Assembly (NCBI GenBank): GCA_035652955.1
Contig: DASRCU010000238.1
Coordinates: 1-55,764, forward strand
Length of the DNA stretch: 55,764 nucleotides
Direction: 5' to 3'
DNA from: Verrucomicrobiia bacterium
GTDB taxonomy: Bacteria > Verrucomicrobiota > Verrucomicrobiia > Limisphaerales > UBA11358
The translations under genes were made by a program, and so were the position numbers. Below the pieces are notes generated by a model. That model was given only the letters and a program-made list of their open reading frames with translations, was not told where the DNA came from and searched no databases. The stretch's first letter is position 1. Every line of letters begins with the position of its first letter. This document shows, in pieces, positions 30,643 through 39,474 of the stretch.

Positions 30643-31623
30643 CTACGGCACCGGAACGTTATTCAAAATTTGCTTGACAATGATATCGGAAGTCACTGTC
30701 TGCGCCTCGGCTTCGTAGGTCAGAATGAGGCGATGGCGCAGGACATCCAGCGCAATGCTCTTGACATCCTCGGGAATCACGTAATCGCGACCCTGAAGCA
30801 GCGCCCAGACCCGGGCGCCGAGGGTTAGATAAATCGTCGCCCGCGGCGAAGCGCCGAACTGGATAAAATGCTTCAAGTCCAGCTTGAAATCCTGCGGCTG
30901 ACGTGTGGCGAAAACGATCTTGACGATGTAATCGCGGATTTTTTCGTCCACGTGAATCTGATCCACCAGCCGGCGGGCGTGAAGAATTTCGTCCAGTTGA
31001 ATGACGGGGTTGACCGAGATGTCAGCGCTGGTGAACGCCATGCGGTCAAGAATTTTCCGCTCTTCCGCCTCGTTCGGATAATCCAGCAGCACCTTGAACA
31101 TGAAGCGATCCACCTGGGCTTCGGGCAATGGATAGGTGCCCTCCTGCTCAATGGGATTTTCCGTGGCCAGCACCAGAAACGGCGAGGGCAGTTTCATGGT
31201 TTCGCCGCCCAAGGTGACCTGTCGCTCCTGCATGGCTTCCAGCAATGCAGATTGAACCTTGGCCGGGGCACGATTGATTTCGTCGGCTAGAACAAAGTTG
31301 GCGAAAACAGGGCCGCGCGTGGCGTGATATTTGCCGTCCTGCGGGTTGTAGATAAGTGTGCCAACGATGTCCGCTGGCAGCAAATCGGGCGTGAATTGGA
31401 TGCGATGAAAATTGCCGCGCACGGCGGCAGCCAGAGTGCGTACCGAGAGCGTTTTGGCCAGTCCCGGCACCCCTTCCAGCAGCACATGACCGTTGGCCAA
31501 CAACCCCACTAAAAGGCGCTCAATGAGCGGTTCCTGGCCCACGATAACACGGGCGATTTCATTGCGTAACTTGTTCACCCACCCGGTAACTTCTGCAACC
31601 TGCTCTTTGAGCGAAGCGTTCAT
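30643..31623 (-). CDS. MoxR-family AAA+ ATPase
   Basis: LLVGLLANGHVLLEGVPGLAKT (Walker A), FANFVLADEINRAPAKVQSALLEAMQE (Walker B) and VLATENPIEQEGTYPLPEAQVDRF. Confidence 0.92.
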   Translation of the reverse strand: MNASLKEQVAEVTGWVNKLRNEIARVIVGQEPLIERLLVGLLANGHVLLEGVPGLAKTLSVRTLAAAVRGNFHRIQFTPDLLPADIVGTLIYNPQDGKYHATRGPVFANFVLADEINRAPAKVQSALLEAMQERQVTLGGETMKLPSPFLVLATENPIEQEGTYPLPEAQVDRFMFKVLLDYPNEAEERKILDRMAFTSADISVNPVIQLDEILHARRLVDQIHVDEKIRDYIVKIVFATRQPQDFKLDLKHFIQFGASPRATIYLTLGARVWALLQGRDYVIPEDVKSIALDVLRHRLILTYEAEAQTVTSDIIVKQILNNVPVP

Positions 31624-31912
31624 GCGGGCAATTTAGGTGGCGCCCCGAGCTGACTCAAGGCGGGATTCTGATTCCTCTATGGAGCCATCGGTTGAGCGGT
31701 TTTTCAACCGGCCGGAGGTGACGAATAAACAAATTGCTTGCAGCGTTGTTGGTCGGGCGCATAATTAAGACGCGATGATTTTCAAGAGGCCACGGTGCCG
31801 GCGGTGCGGTTTGTTTTCGCTGGATTCGTGGGTGCCAAGTATGGCTGACCACCCAAACGGGGCGGACGGTGATAACGCCGCCCTTGTCAGAAATAAATTT
31901 CAGAATAAAAGT

Positions 31913-31986
31913 TGTCCGGTGGTGTAACGGTAGCACAAGGCCCTTTGGAGGCTTTTGTCCTGGTTCGAATCCAGGCCGGACAGCCA
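31913..31986 (+). tRNA. tRNA-Gln (anticodon UUG), with encoded CCA
   Basis: Hand-folded cloverleaf. Acceptor stem TGTCCGG/CCGGACA, D stem GTGT/GCAC, anticodon stem AGGCC/GGCTT with loop CTTTGGA, and T arm CCTGG-TTCGAAT-CCAGG. Discriminator G followed by CCA. Confidence 0.9.
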
Positions 31987-31987
31987 A

Positions 31988-33952
31988 TTATTGGTCAACC
32001 TCCATTTCGCAAGAGTCATCCGTTCGGATGTTTGGGGTTTCGGTCTTTTTACCGTTCGCCGCCCCCCAGCGTTTCAAGTAAACCAGCAAAATGCTGATAT
32101 CCGCCGGCGATACACCGGAAATGCGAGCTGCCTGTCCCACTGTGGTGGGACGAATTTGAGAAAGTTTTTGCCGTGCCTCCAAACGCAGGCTCGGTACAGC
32201 GGAAAAATCGAAGGTATCGGGAATGACTTTGTCTTCCAGAGCCTTGAATCGTTCCACCTCGTTTTGCTGGCGTTCGATGTAACCGGCGTATTTGATGGCA
32301 ATTTCCACTTGCTGAATTATCTCCTCGGATAGAGCTTCATTGCGGTTCGGCAAATCTTTGTAATGAATTTCTGGCCTCGAGAGAATTTTAGCTAGAGAAT
32401 CTGAGTTGTAATATGTTTTATATAAACGACTTATTTCAAATTCTATGACTTCTTGTTTGGCTCGGAATTTTTGGAAGTTGCGCTTTGGCAACAAACCGAT
32501 GTTGTAGCCGATTTCGGACAACCGCAGGTCGGCATTGTCCTGTCGTAGTAAAAGCCGGTACTCAGCGCGCGAAGTGAACATCCGATAAGGTTCAGCAGTG
32601 CCTTTGGTAATCAAATCGTCAATCAAAACGCCGATGTAGGCTTGATCGCGGCGTAAAACAATTGGTGCCAATCCTTGCACCCTCCTGGCAGCGTTAATTC
32701 CTGCCATAATACCTTGAGCAGCAGCTTCTTCATAGCCAGAAGTCCCATTAATTTGCCCTGCCAGAAACAGATTTTGACAGACTTTTGTTTCCAAGGAAGG
32801 AAGTAATTGTGTTGGAAACACGAAGTCGTACTCAACGGCGTAAGCAGGGCGCATAATTTCGGCATTTTCACATCCTATAATCGTGCGAACGAGCTCCACC
32901 TGTACTTCAAATGGCAGGCTTGTAGAAAAACCGTTCACATAAAACTCGTCCGTTTGAATGCCTTCAGGTTCCAAAAAAATCTGATGTCGTTCTTTATCAG
33001 GAAATTTCACGATCTTATCCTCAATCGAAGGACAGTACCGGGGGCCAATACCCTCGATTAAGCCCGAATAAAGGGGCGATTTGTGGAGGTTTTGACGAAT
33101 AATCTCAGCAGTCTTTGCCGTAGTAAACGTGACATAACAGGGCAACTGGCCGTTGATTCGTTCCAGAATAGAACCGGGGGGGTATTTTCGGTTTGATTGG
33201 TCGAGTTTTATTGCCGCCGTCTGACATTTTGAGTGTTCCACGTGGAACAAATCATCCTTCCAGAATGTAAAAAATGGAACCGGCTCATCACCGGGTTGAA
33301 TTTCGGTTTTTGAAAAGTCAATGGTACGTCTCAAAAGGCGCGGAGGAGTTCCTGTTTTCAAACGACCAAGTTCCAGGCCGAGTTCTTTGAGCGAAGAGGA
33401 AAGAGCCATGGCCGCAGTATCACCGGCACGACCTCCTGTTTGCTGATTTTGGCCGATATGCATCAAACCGCGCAAGAACGTTCCAGTGGTGATCACGATT
33501 GTTTTTCCAAAGTATTGCACTCTCAGCGTGGTTTCGACGCCAAACACGACGCCGTTTTTGTGTAAAATTTTTGTGGTCTGTCCTTGTTTCACGTCCAAGT
33601 TCGGTTCTGATTCACATACCCATTTCAGTCGAAATTGATAAGCTTTCTTGTCGCATTGAGCGCGTGGCGCCCAGACAGCGGGCCCTTTTTTAGTGTTCAG
33701 CATGCGAAATTGCAGCCCGGTCATATCAGTTGCCTTACCCATTTCGCCCCCCAATGCATCAACTTCTCTAACCAAATGTCCCTTGCCCAAGCCACCAATC
33801 GCTGGATTGCAGGACATTTGACCGATCGTATCAGCATTCATCGTCAAAAGCAGTGTTTGGCAGCCCATCCTGGCTGACGCCAATGCCGCCTCAATTCCAG
33901 CATGGCCGCCACCAACGACAATTACGTCGTATTTTTTGGGGTAAATAAACAT
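31988..33952 (-). CDS. mnmG: tRNA uridine 5-carboxymethylaminomethyl modification enzyme MnmG (GidA)
   Basis: YDVIVVGGGHAGIEAALASARMG...CNPAIGGLGKGHLVREVDALGG...GPRYCPSIEDK...FLAGQINGTSGYEEAAAQG. 654 aa. Confidence 0.95.
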   Translation of the reverse strand: MFIYPKKYDVIVVGGGHAGIEAALASARMGCQTLLLTMNADTIGQMSCNPAIGGLGKGHLVREVDALGGEMGKATDMTGLQFRMLNTKKGPAVWAPRAQCDKKAYQFRLKWVCESEPNLDVKQGQTTKILHKNGVVFGVETTLRVQYFGKTIVITTGTFLRGLMHIGQNQQTGGRAGDTAAMALSSSLKELGLELGRLKTGTPPRLLRRTIDFSKTEIQPGDEPVPFFTFWKDDLFHVEHSKCQTAAIKLDQSNRKYPPGSILERINGQLPCYVTFTTAKTAEIIRQNLHKSPLYSGLIEGIGPRYCPSIEDKIVKFPDKERHQIFLEPEGIQTDEFYVNGFSTSLPFEVQVELVRTIIGCENAEIMRPAYAVEYDFVFPTQLLPSLETKVCQNLFLAGQINGTSGYEEAAAQGIMAGINAARRVQGLAPIVLRRDQAYIGVLIDDLITKGTAEPYRMFTSRAEYRLLLRQDNADLRLSEIGYNIGLLPKRNFQKFRAKQEVIEFEISRLYKTYYNSDSLAKILSRPEIHYKDLPNRNEALSEEIIQQVEIAIKYAGYIERQQNEVERFKALEDKVIPDTFDFSAVPSLRLEARQKLSQIRPTTVGQAARISGVSPADISILLVYLKRWGAANGKKTETPNIRTDDSCEMEVDQ

Positions 33953-34137
33953 CAGTTTTTCAATGTAATGTGCCTTGGTTAAAATTTCAGCGTGTCGTTA
34001 GCCATTTCAACAAACAGCCGACAAGGTGCAATCATCTCCGCTACATTGAATTTTCACCAAAACAGATTCGTGTTAATGATACTCGATCGGACCGCACTGT
34101 GACCGACAGGCAGAGCGCTCAACAAACTCTTTCGAGT

Positions 34138-35739
34138 TTATTGTTGAGAAAAGGCATATTTGGCATCAAGGGCTGACTTGCCGGGGGTTTTTTGGATATT
34201 TCGTTCTGGGTTGGCCGCCAGGTGTTCGCAGATTTTGAAAACAGATTCAATCTCTTGTGAACATTTAATCTCGCTTGCAATTTCCTCCGCTGAAAAACGT
34301 TGGTTGGCGTGACGGGTTAAAAATTCCAGAATTAATTTCTGGATTCTAATAATGTTAGTCGCCGCTCGTTTACCCGCTTCGACACCAGGCTGGTGATAGG
34401 CGTTGATGTTAATTAAGGAAGCATAGAAGCCAACTGCCCGCTCAAAAAGTGCAATCAAAACGCCAACACTAAAAGGCGAAATTCTTTTGACGGTGATTGT
34501 CAGCGATTCGCGTCCCTTTTCCGCAAGAGCTTCGCGTGTGCCCAAGAAGAAACCATGAAGAAAATCTCCGCTAGTGGCTTGATCTTCAACTAGCAACGAT
34601 TTGTTTTTCTTATCTTCTAAAACTTCAATAAAAGTTACAAAGAAATTGTTTAATCCGTCTCTAAGTTGCTGAATATAAGAATGTTGGTCTGTTGAGCCTT
34701 TGTTTCCAAATACTGAAATACCTTGATTTACGATTTTCCCAGACAAGTCTTTTTCTTTGCCCAAGGATTCCATTATCAACTGTTGGAGGTATTTTGAAAA
34801 CAGTTCTAAACGATCTTTGTAGGGCAAAACGACCATATTTTTGTCTCCTTTACCGTTACCGGAACGATACCACGCCAATGAAAGCTGGGCGGCTGGATTG
34901 GATTTGACGTTGTTTTTTCTAGTGACTTCATCGCACGCACGAGCGCCAGCGAGCAAACTGTCAATATCGAATCCCTGAAGTGCTGCCGGCAACAAACCAA
35001 CGGCAGACAATTCGCTCGTTCGGCCGCCTACCCAATCCCACATCGGAAAACACGCCAGAAATTTATTCTCGGTGGCAAACTTGTGGAGCTCACTTTCTGG
35101 ACTGGTCACGGCGACGGCGTGTTGACCAAAGAACAAGCCGTTTGTTTCGAACGCGGCTTTGGCTTCCAACATCCCGTTGCGTGTTTCCTTCGTGCCGCCG
35201 GATTTGGAAACGACAATACACAAGGTGCGATTCAATTCCGAGCCGATGGTGGCCAGGATACGATCCATGCCGTCGGGATCGGTGTTGTCGAAGAAAAAGG
35301 GTTTCAACCGGTCCCGGTGCGGGTCACCCAGCGCATGAGCTACAAATTGAGGTCCCAGGGCAGAGCCGCCGATGCCGATGAGCAGATAATTTTTGAAATT
35401 TCCGCCGGCGCCGCGAATTTCGCCCAGGTGAATTTTCTCGACGAACCTTTTAATTTGGGCGGTCGTCTCTTCGATTGCCGTGCGGATTTGGGGCGTGGGG
35501 GCCAATGCTGGATTGCGCAGCCAATAGTGACCGACCATTCGATTTTCGTCCGGATTGGCAATGGCGCCCTTTTCAAGTGCAGCCATATCGGCAAAGGCCT
35601 TTTGCATCTGCGGTTCCATCTGCGCAAAAAACGGGGCATCTATGTTCATGCGGCTCAGGTCCACCGCCAGTTCGATTTCCGGGAATTCGGAATAAAACGT
35701 TTGGAACCGCTTCCACCATTCAAGTTTGGAGTCATTCAT
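34138..35739 (-). CDS. pgi: Glucose-6-phosphate isomerase
   Basis: [14 protein letters not shown]...[15 protein letters not shown]...[14 protein letters not shown]...[17 protein letters not shown]...[14 protein letters not shown]. 533 aa. Confidence 0.93.
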   Translation of the reverse strand: MNDSKLEWWKRFQTFYSEFPEIELAVDLSRMNIDAPFFAQMEPQMQKAFADMAALEKGAIANPDENRMVGHYWLRNPALAPTPQIRTAIEETTAQIKRFVEKIHLGEIRGAGGNFKNYLLIGIGGSALGPQFVAHALGDPHRDRLKPFFFDNTDPDGMDRILATIGSELNRTLCIVVSKSGGTKETRNGMLEAKAAFETNGLFFGQHAVAVTSPESELHKFATENKFLACFPMWDWVGGRTSELSAVGLLPAALQGFDIDSLLAGARACDEVTRKNNVKSNPAAQLSLAWYRSGNGKGDKNMVVLPYKDRLELFSKYLQQLIMESLGKEKDLSGKIVNQGISVFGNKGSTDQHSYIQQLRDGLNNFFVTFIEVLEDKKNKSLLVEDQATSGDFLHGFFLGTREALAEKGRESLTITVKRISPFSVGVLIALFERAVGFYASLININAYHQPGVEAGKRAATNIIRIQKLILEFLTRHANQRFSAEEIASEIKCSQEIESVFKICEHLAANPERNIQKTPGKSALDAKYAFSQQ

Positions 35740-35917
35740 ATCCTGTCAAATAAGTCTCGCACCGGGACAAAAGAAAAAATAGCACAGTGAATCTCCTTTA
35801 CAATGCCATATTCCAACCAGGTACCGGGGGAGTTTATCCTCCGGTTGGCGGGGAACAGATACGCCGGCAGCCTCCTGCCGCAAACAGCGGCACCAGCGAA
35901 GAGAAAATCAGGAGACG

Positions 35918-37060
35918 TTAAGGGGAAAGTTCCTGAGCGTCGGCGGATAAAATCGAAGGGCCTGTCGTCTCCGGCGGCGTTTTGGCAAACCCAATCTCGG
36001 CTGCCGTTGGCAGAAAATCCCAAGCCGACCATCGAAAGCCGCTGACCAGACCGGCGGGGACATGCCCCGGCCAAAAGAGGATCATGGGTACGCGCAGGTC
36101 ATTGGTCGAAATGTTGCTGTGAAAAAACGCCGGGTCCATGCCGCCGCTTTTTCGTGCGGGAGTGTCGCTGGTGAAAAAAATTGCGACGTTGTTGGTCATC
36201 CCCAGCTTGTCCAATTGCCCGCGAATCTGGCCCACGTAATTATCCAGTCGCGCAATCATGGCTGCCCGATTGCGTTCGGCCTGGGGCCACGGTTCTTCAG
36301 AATAGGGCGCGTCCGTCGGCACTTGGCCGAGGCCGTTGCCGGGGATTTTATAATTGAGCACCAGAAAAAAGGGGCGGTAATGATTGAACCAGTCGGGCTG
36401 GTTGTTTTTCATGAAATTCAACGCGGCTTTGGTGAGCAAGCTGGGGAGGAACTCGCCCCTGCGTCCACCGGTGTTCCCATAGAGCATTTCCCGTCCGATG
36501 AAGGCGTTGAATTGGCGGTTGGTGCCGTCAAAAGTCACGTACGGCGCATAACGGAAGAGATAATCGGCGTAGAAATTTTCCGCGTCCTCGGCGTTCAAAT
36601 AGCCGGCAAATTCGTCGAATCCTTTTTTCCACGGCGCGTTGGGGGAGTGTTCATCGCCCAGATTCCATTCGCCGATCAGGCCGGTGTGATAACCGGCGCG
36701 TTGAAGAATTTGCGCCACCGTAAGTTCAGGCGCCATCCGCTGCCCGCGACTGCCCGTCTCGCGGCCCAGCATCAAGGCCGCCCAGGCGGCGACCGGATTT
36801 GTGGCACCGGCGAAATAATTCGTGAATCGAACGCCCTCGGCCGCCAGTTTGTCCAGGTTTGGCGTTTGAAATTGTCTCTGGCCGTAGCAACTCAAATCGC
36901 CATAACCCAAACCATCGGCGACGATCAGGATGATGCTGGAGCGGCGCGGAAGGGCCGGCGGGTGGGCTGCGGCGGCAGGCAGCGATTGCGCCGGCGCTGA
37001 AAATTTCCACAGGACAGCCAGCGCCGCCAGGCCAATCAAATTGCAAGACCGGACGTTCAT
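35918..37060 (-). CDS. Secreted sulfatase-fold (alkaline-phosphatase superfamily) protein lacking the canonical catalytic motifs
   Basis: The ATG at 37060 gives MNVRSCNLIGLAALAVLWKFSAPAQS, then IILIVADGLGYGDLSCYGQRQFQTPNLDKLAAEGVRFTNYF. The C/S-x-P-x-R position reads PVAAW. Confidence 0.75.
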   Translation of the reverse strand: MNVRSCNLIGLAALAVLWKFSAPAQSLPAAAAHPPALPRRSSIILIVADGLGYGDLSCYGQRQFQTPNLDKLAAEGVRFTNYFAGATNPVAAWAALMLGRETGSRGQRMAPELTVAQILQRAGYHTGLIGEWNLGDEHSPNAPWKKGFDEFAGYLNAEDAENFYADYLFRYAPYVTFDGTNRQFNAFIGREMLYGNTGGRRGEFLPSLLTKAALNFMKNNQPDWFNHYRPFFLVLNYKIPGNGLGQVPTDAPYSEEPWPQAERNRAAMIARLDNYVGQIRGQLDKLGMTNNVAIFFTSDTPARKSGGMDPAFFHSNISTNDLRVPMILFWPGHVPAGLVSGFRWSAWDFLPTAAEIGFAKTPPETTGPSILSADAQELSP

Positions 37061-37266
37061 GTGAACTTGGATTCTGGAAGGAACGGCGCGTTCAAAGCAA
37101 ACGTTTTCGTCGCCTGCCGAGGCGTTCCCGCGGTTCACAAGGGATTCCGGTTGTCAAGATAATTTCGTTGTCAGAGCCGAAACGGGGATGCCCGCCTCTG
37201 CCGGCGCCTCAAGGCCGGCGGCGAACAACGGTCCACGCCGCAGCTTTTCGGGACCGGTTGGGGGCT

Positions 37267-38106
37267 TCAGGCGTTTTCGCCGACCTGGAAGCGCACGAAA
37301 CGGCGGATGGTGATTTCGTCACCGAGTTGTTTGCCGACTTCGGCGACGTGTTCCCGGACACTGACTTCTGAATTTCGCTTGACAAAGCCCTGATCCACCA
37401 GGCAGTAGGTCTGGTAGAATTTCTCCAGAATCCCCTGCAGGATTTTTTCCATCGCCTGCGGGGGCTTGCCTTTGAAGCGATCGGATTGAGCGGCGATCTC
37501 GCGTTCCTTGGCGATAACCTCAGCCGGCACCTGTTCGCGCGAGACGGCGTGGGGATGGCCGGCGGCAATTTGCAGCGTGATGTCTTTGACCAGTTGTTTG
37601 AATTCGTCCCTGGCCACTGTTTCGGCCTTGCCGGCGCCGACTTCGACGAGCACGCCCACCTTGGCGCCGGTGTGGATGTAGCCGGCAATCAGGCCGTTGC
37701 CGTTCACTTCCATTCTGGCGTGGCGGGCGATTTTGATGTTTTCGCGGATTTTGCCGACGAGGGCCTGGCGCTCGGCTTCCAAATCGGGATGAGGGTCGGT
37801 GGCGTAGCGCCTGGCCACTTCATCGCAGAAGGCGCGGAAGGTCTCGTTGCGAGCGACAAAATCGGTTTCGCTGTTGACTTCGACCAGCACGCCGAGTTTG
37901 CCGCCGGGGGCGATGTATTGGGCGATGGCGCCTTCCTTGGCCTCGCGCGCGGCTTTGACGGACGCCGTAGCGGCGCCTTTTTTGCGAAGAATGTCCACCG
38001 CCTTGTCCAGGTCGCCGCCGGCCTCGGTCAGCGCTTTTTTACAATCCATCATGCCGGCACCGGTCATTTCCCGGAGCCGGGCGACGTTTGCAGCCGTGAT
38101 TTCCAT
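37267..38106 (-). CDS. tsf: Translation elongation factor Ts
   Basis: The ATG at 38106 gives MEITAANVARLREMTGAGMMDCKKALTEAGGDLDKAVDILRKKG. The rest of the protein has typical EF-Ts dimerisation regions. Confidence 0.95.
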   Translation of the reverse strand: MEITAANVARLREMTGAGMMDCKKALTEAGGDLDKAVDILRKKGAATASVKAAREAKEGAIAQYIAPGGKLGVLVEVNSETDFVARNETFRAFCDEVARRYATDPHPDLEAERQALVGKIRENIKIARHARMEVNGNGLIAGYIHTGAKVGVLVEVGAGKAETVARDEFKQLVKDITLQIAAGHPHAVSREQVPAEVIAKEREIAAQSDRFKGKPPQAMEKILQGILEKFYQTYCLVDQGFVKRNSEVSVREHVAEVGKQLGDEITIRRFVRFQVGENA

Positions 38107-38199
38107 AGAATTTTGTGCGTTGAGTTTTGAGTGGCGAATTTTGGCAAATCGTGAAGGAAGCGGTTCCACTTGGCATTCAAAATCCGAACTTGAGCCAAG

Positions 38200-39003
38200 T
38201 CAGGTCGCGGAGCTTTCCGGCGGGGAGGACGCGGTGGCGGGGAGGGCCTCCGCCGTTTCGGGGGATGCCGGTTTTTCCGGCGCCTGCTCCGCATCCGGTT
38301 TGCGCGACCGTTTGGCCTCGAACTCCGCCAGCCCCTGGGTGATGGCCTGACTGACGGTGGCGGTGATCAGCCGCACCGACCGAATGGCGTCGTCGTTGGC
38401 TGCGATCGGATAATCCACCAGATCGGGATCGCAATTGGTATCCACGAGTGCAACGATAGGGATTTTTAATTTGCGCGCTTCGGCTATGGCGTTGTGTTCG
38501 CGCCGGATGTCCACCACAAACATGGCGGCGGGCAATTTGTCCATCGCGCGGATGCCGTCAAAATACTTGTGCAGGCGCGACGCTTCGCGGCGCAGGGCGG
38601 CCTGTTCCTGTTTGCCGTAACCGGCCAGTACGCCGTCGGCTTCCATCTTTTCGATTTCGCGCAGGCGTTTGACCGAATTTTTGATGGTGTGAAAATTGGT
38701 GAGCGTGCCGCCGAGCCAGCGTTCCGTCACATAAAACTGGCCGCATTCCCTGGCGACATCTTTGATGCATTGCTGCGCCTGTTTTTTGGTGCCCACAAAA
38801 ATGATCCTGCCGCCCTGGCGGACAGTGGCAGCCAGAAATTCGCAGGCCGCTTCGAGCTGCGCCAGCGTTTTGGAGAGGTCAATGATGTGAATGCCGTTCC
38901 GGGCGTCGAAAACATACGGCTTCATCTTGGGATTCCAACGCCGGGTTTGATGCCCGAAATGCACGCCCGCATCGAGTAATTCTTTGATGCCAATGCTTAA
39001 CAT
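38200..39003 (-). CDS. rpsB: 30S ribosomal protein S2, with an acidic Pro/Ala/Ser-rich C-terminal tail
   Basis: The ATG at 39003 gives MLSIGIKELLDAGVHFGHQTRRWNPKMKPYVF...IIFVGTKKQAQ...VVDIRREHNAIAEARKLKIPIVALVDTNCDPD. The 136-codon upstream extension in the ORF track does not look like protein. Confidence 0.95.
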   Translation of the reverse strand: MLSIGIKELLDAGVHFGHQTRRWNPKMKPYVFDARNGIHIIDLSKTLAQLEAACEFLAATVRQGGRIIFVGTKKQAQQCIKDVARECGQFYVTERWLGGTLTNFHTIKNSVKRLREIEKMEADGVLAGYGKQEQAALRREASRLHKYFDGIRAMDKLPAAMFVVDIRREHNAIAEARKLKIPIVALVDTNCDPDLVDYPIAANDDAIRSVRLITATVSQAITQGLAEFEAKRSRKPDAEQAPEKPASPETAEALPATASSPPESSAT

Positions 39004-39474
39004 GTTTCCTTTGGTTGAAATCGCCGGAGTATCCCGGCGACATCCCGCGGAACACGGGATTGCTGTTTGATGTTGTTGTGGTTCGGCGTTGCGCACCGGC
39101 GCAACCGCCCGCATCCACTCGATGCGAAATGAACCGTTTCTCTCCCGCCGTTTCTGGCGAAAGAAGCGCCAGAATACCAGAAAAACCGCCGGTGGCAACC
39201 GCTTTTTGCCGCCTGGAAGGCAGATGCCCACACCGCCGCCCAAGGGAACGGCCGGATGGCTGCGTCGTGTTGGGGGATTATTTGGGCTGGAGTAACGCCG
39301 TGCCGGCAGGAGGAGACGGTTTTGCGGAAGACCGGCCGGGCCGCAAATCGGCTCCATCGGTCGGCTTGGGGCTGCGGCAGCAGGCATGGAGTCACCCGCT
39401 GGCGCTGGCATTTCACAAATTGTTTTATTCCTGAACGAAATCGGTTAGATTAAGTCCAATTTGGGTCAACAACC

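Noticed and set aside
31884-31911. A sigma-70-like promoter (TTGTCA ... TAAAAG) directly upstream of tRNA-Gln
   Set aside because: The -10 candidate ends only 2 nt before the mature tRNA 5' end, so the transcription start would fall inside the tRNA. No better hexamer pair was found.
31655-31987. 110-aa minus-strand ORF, and short plus-strand ORFs, overlapping 31869-32097
   Set aside because: They overlap the hand-folded tRNA-Gln, and the translations do not look like protein.
31913-35800. A tRNA-Gln-associated integrative genomic island
   Set aside because: I found no integrase, no direct repeat of the tRNA 3' end and no accessory cargo. The tract contains only mnmG and pgi, and the GC shift starts and ends inside those genes. 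It is reported instead as a possible recombination patch or chimeric assembly.
38200-39411. Long N-terminal extensions in the ORF track for rpsB (403 aa), and likewise for tsf, the sulfatase-fold gene, the giant gene, pseudopilin-like copy B, the Gfo/Idh/MocA gene and lpxD
   Set aside because: Conserved N-termini or signal peptides begin at internal ATG codons, whose positions I verified in the sequence. The upstream extensions are not protein-like or overlap neighbouring genes.
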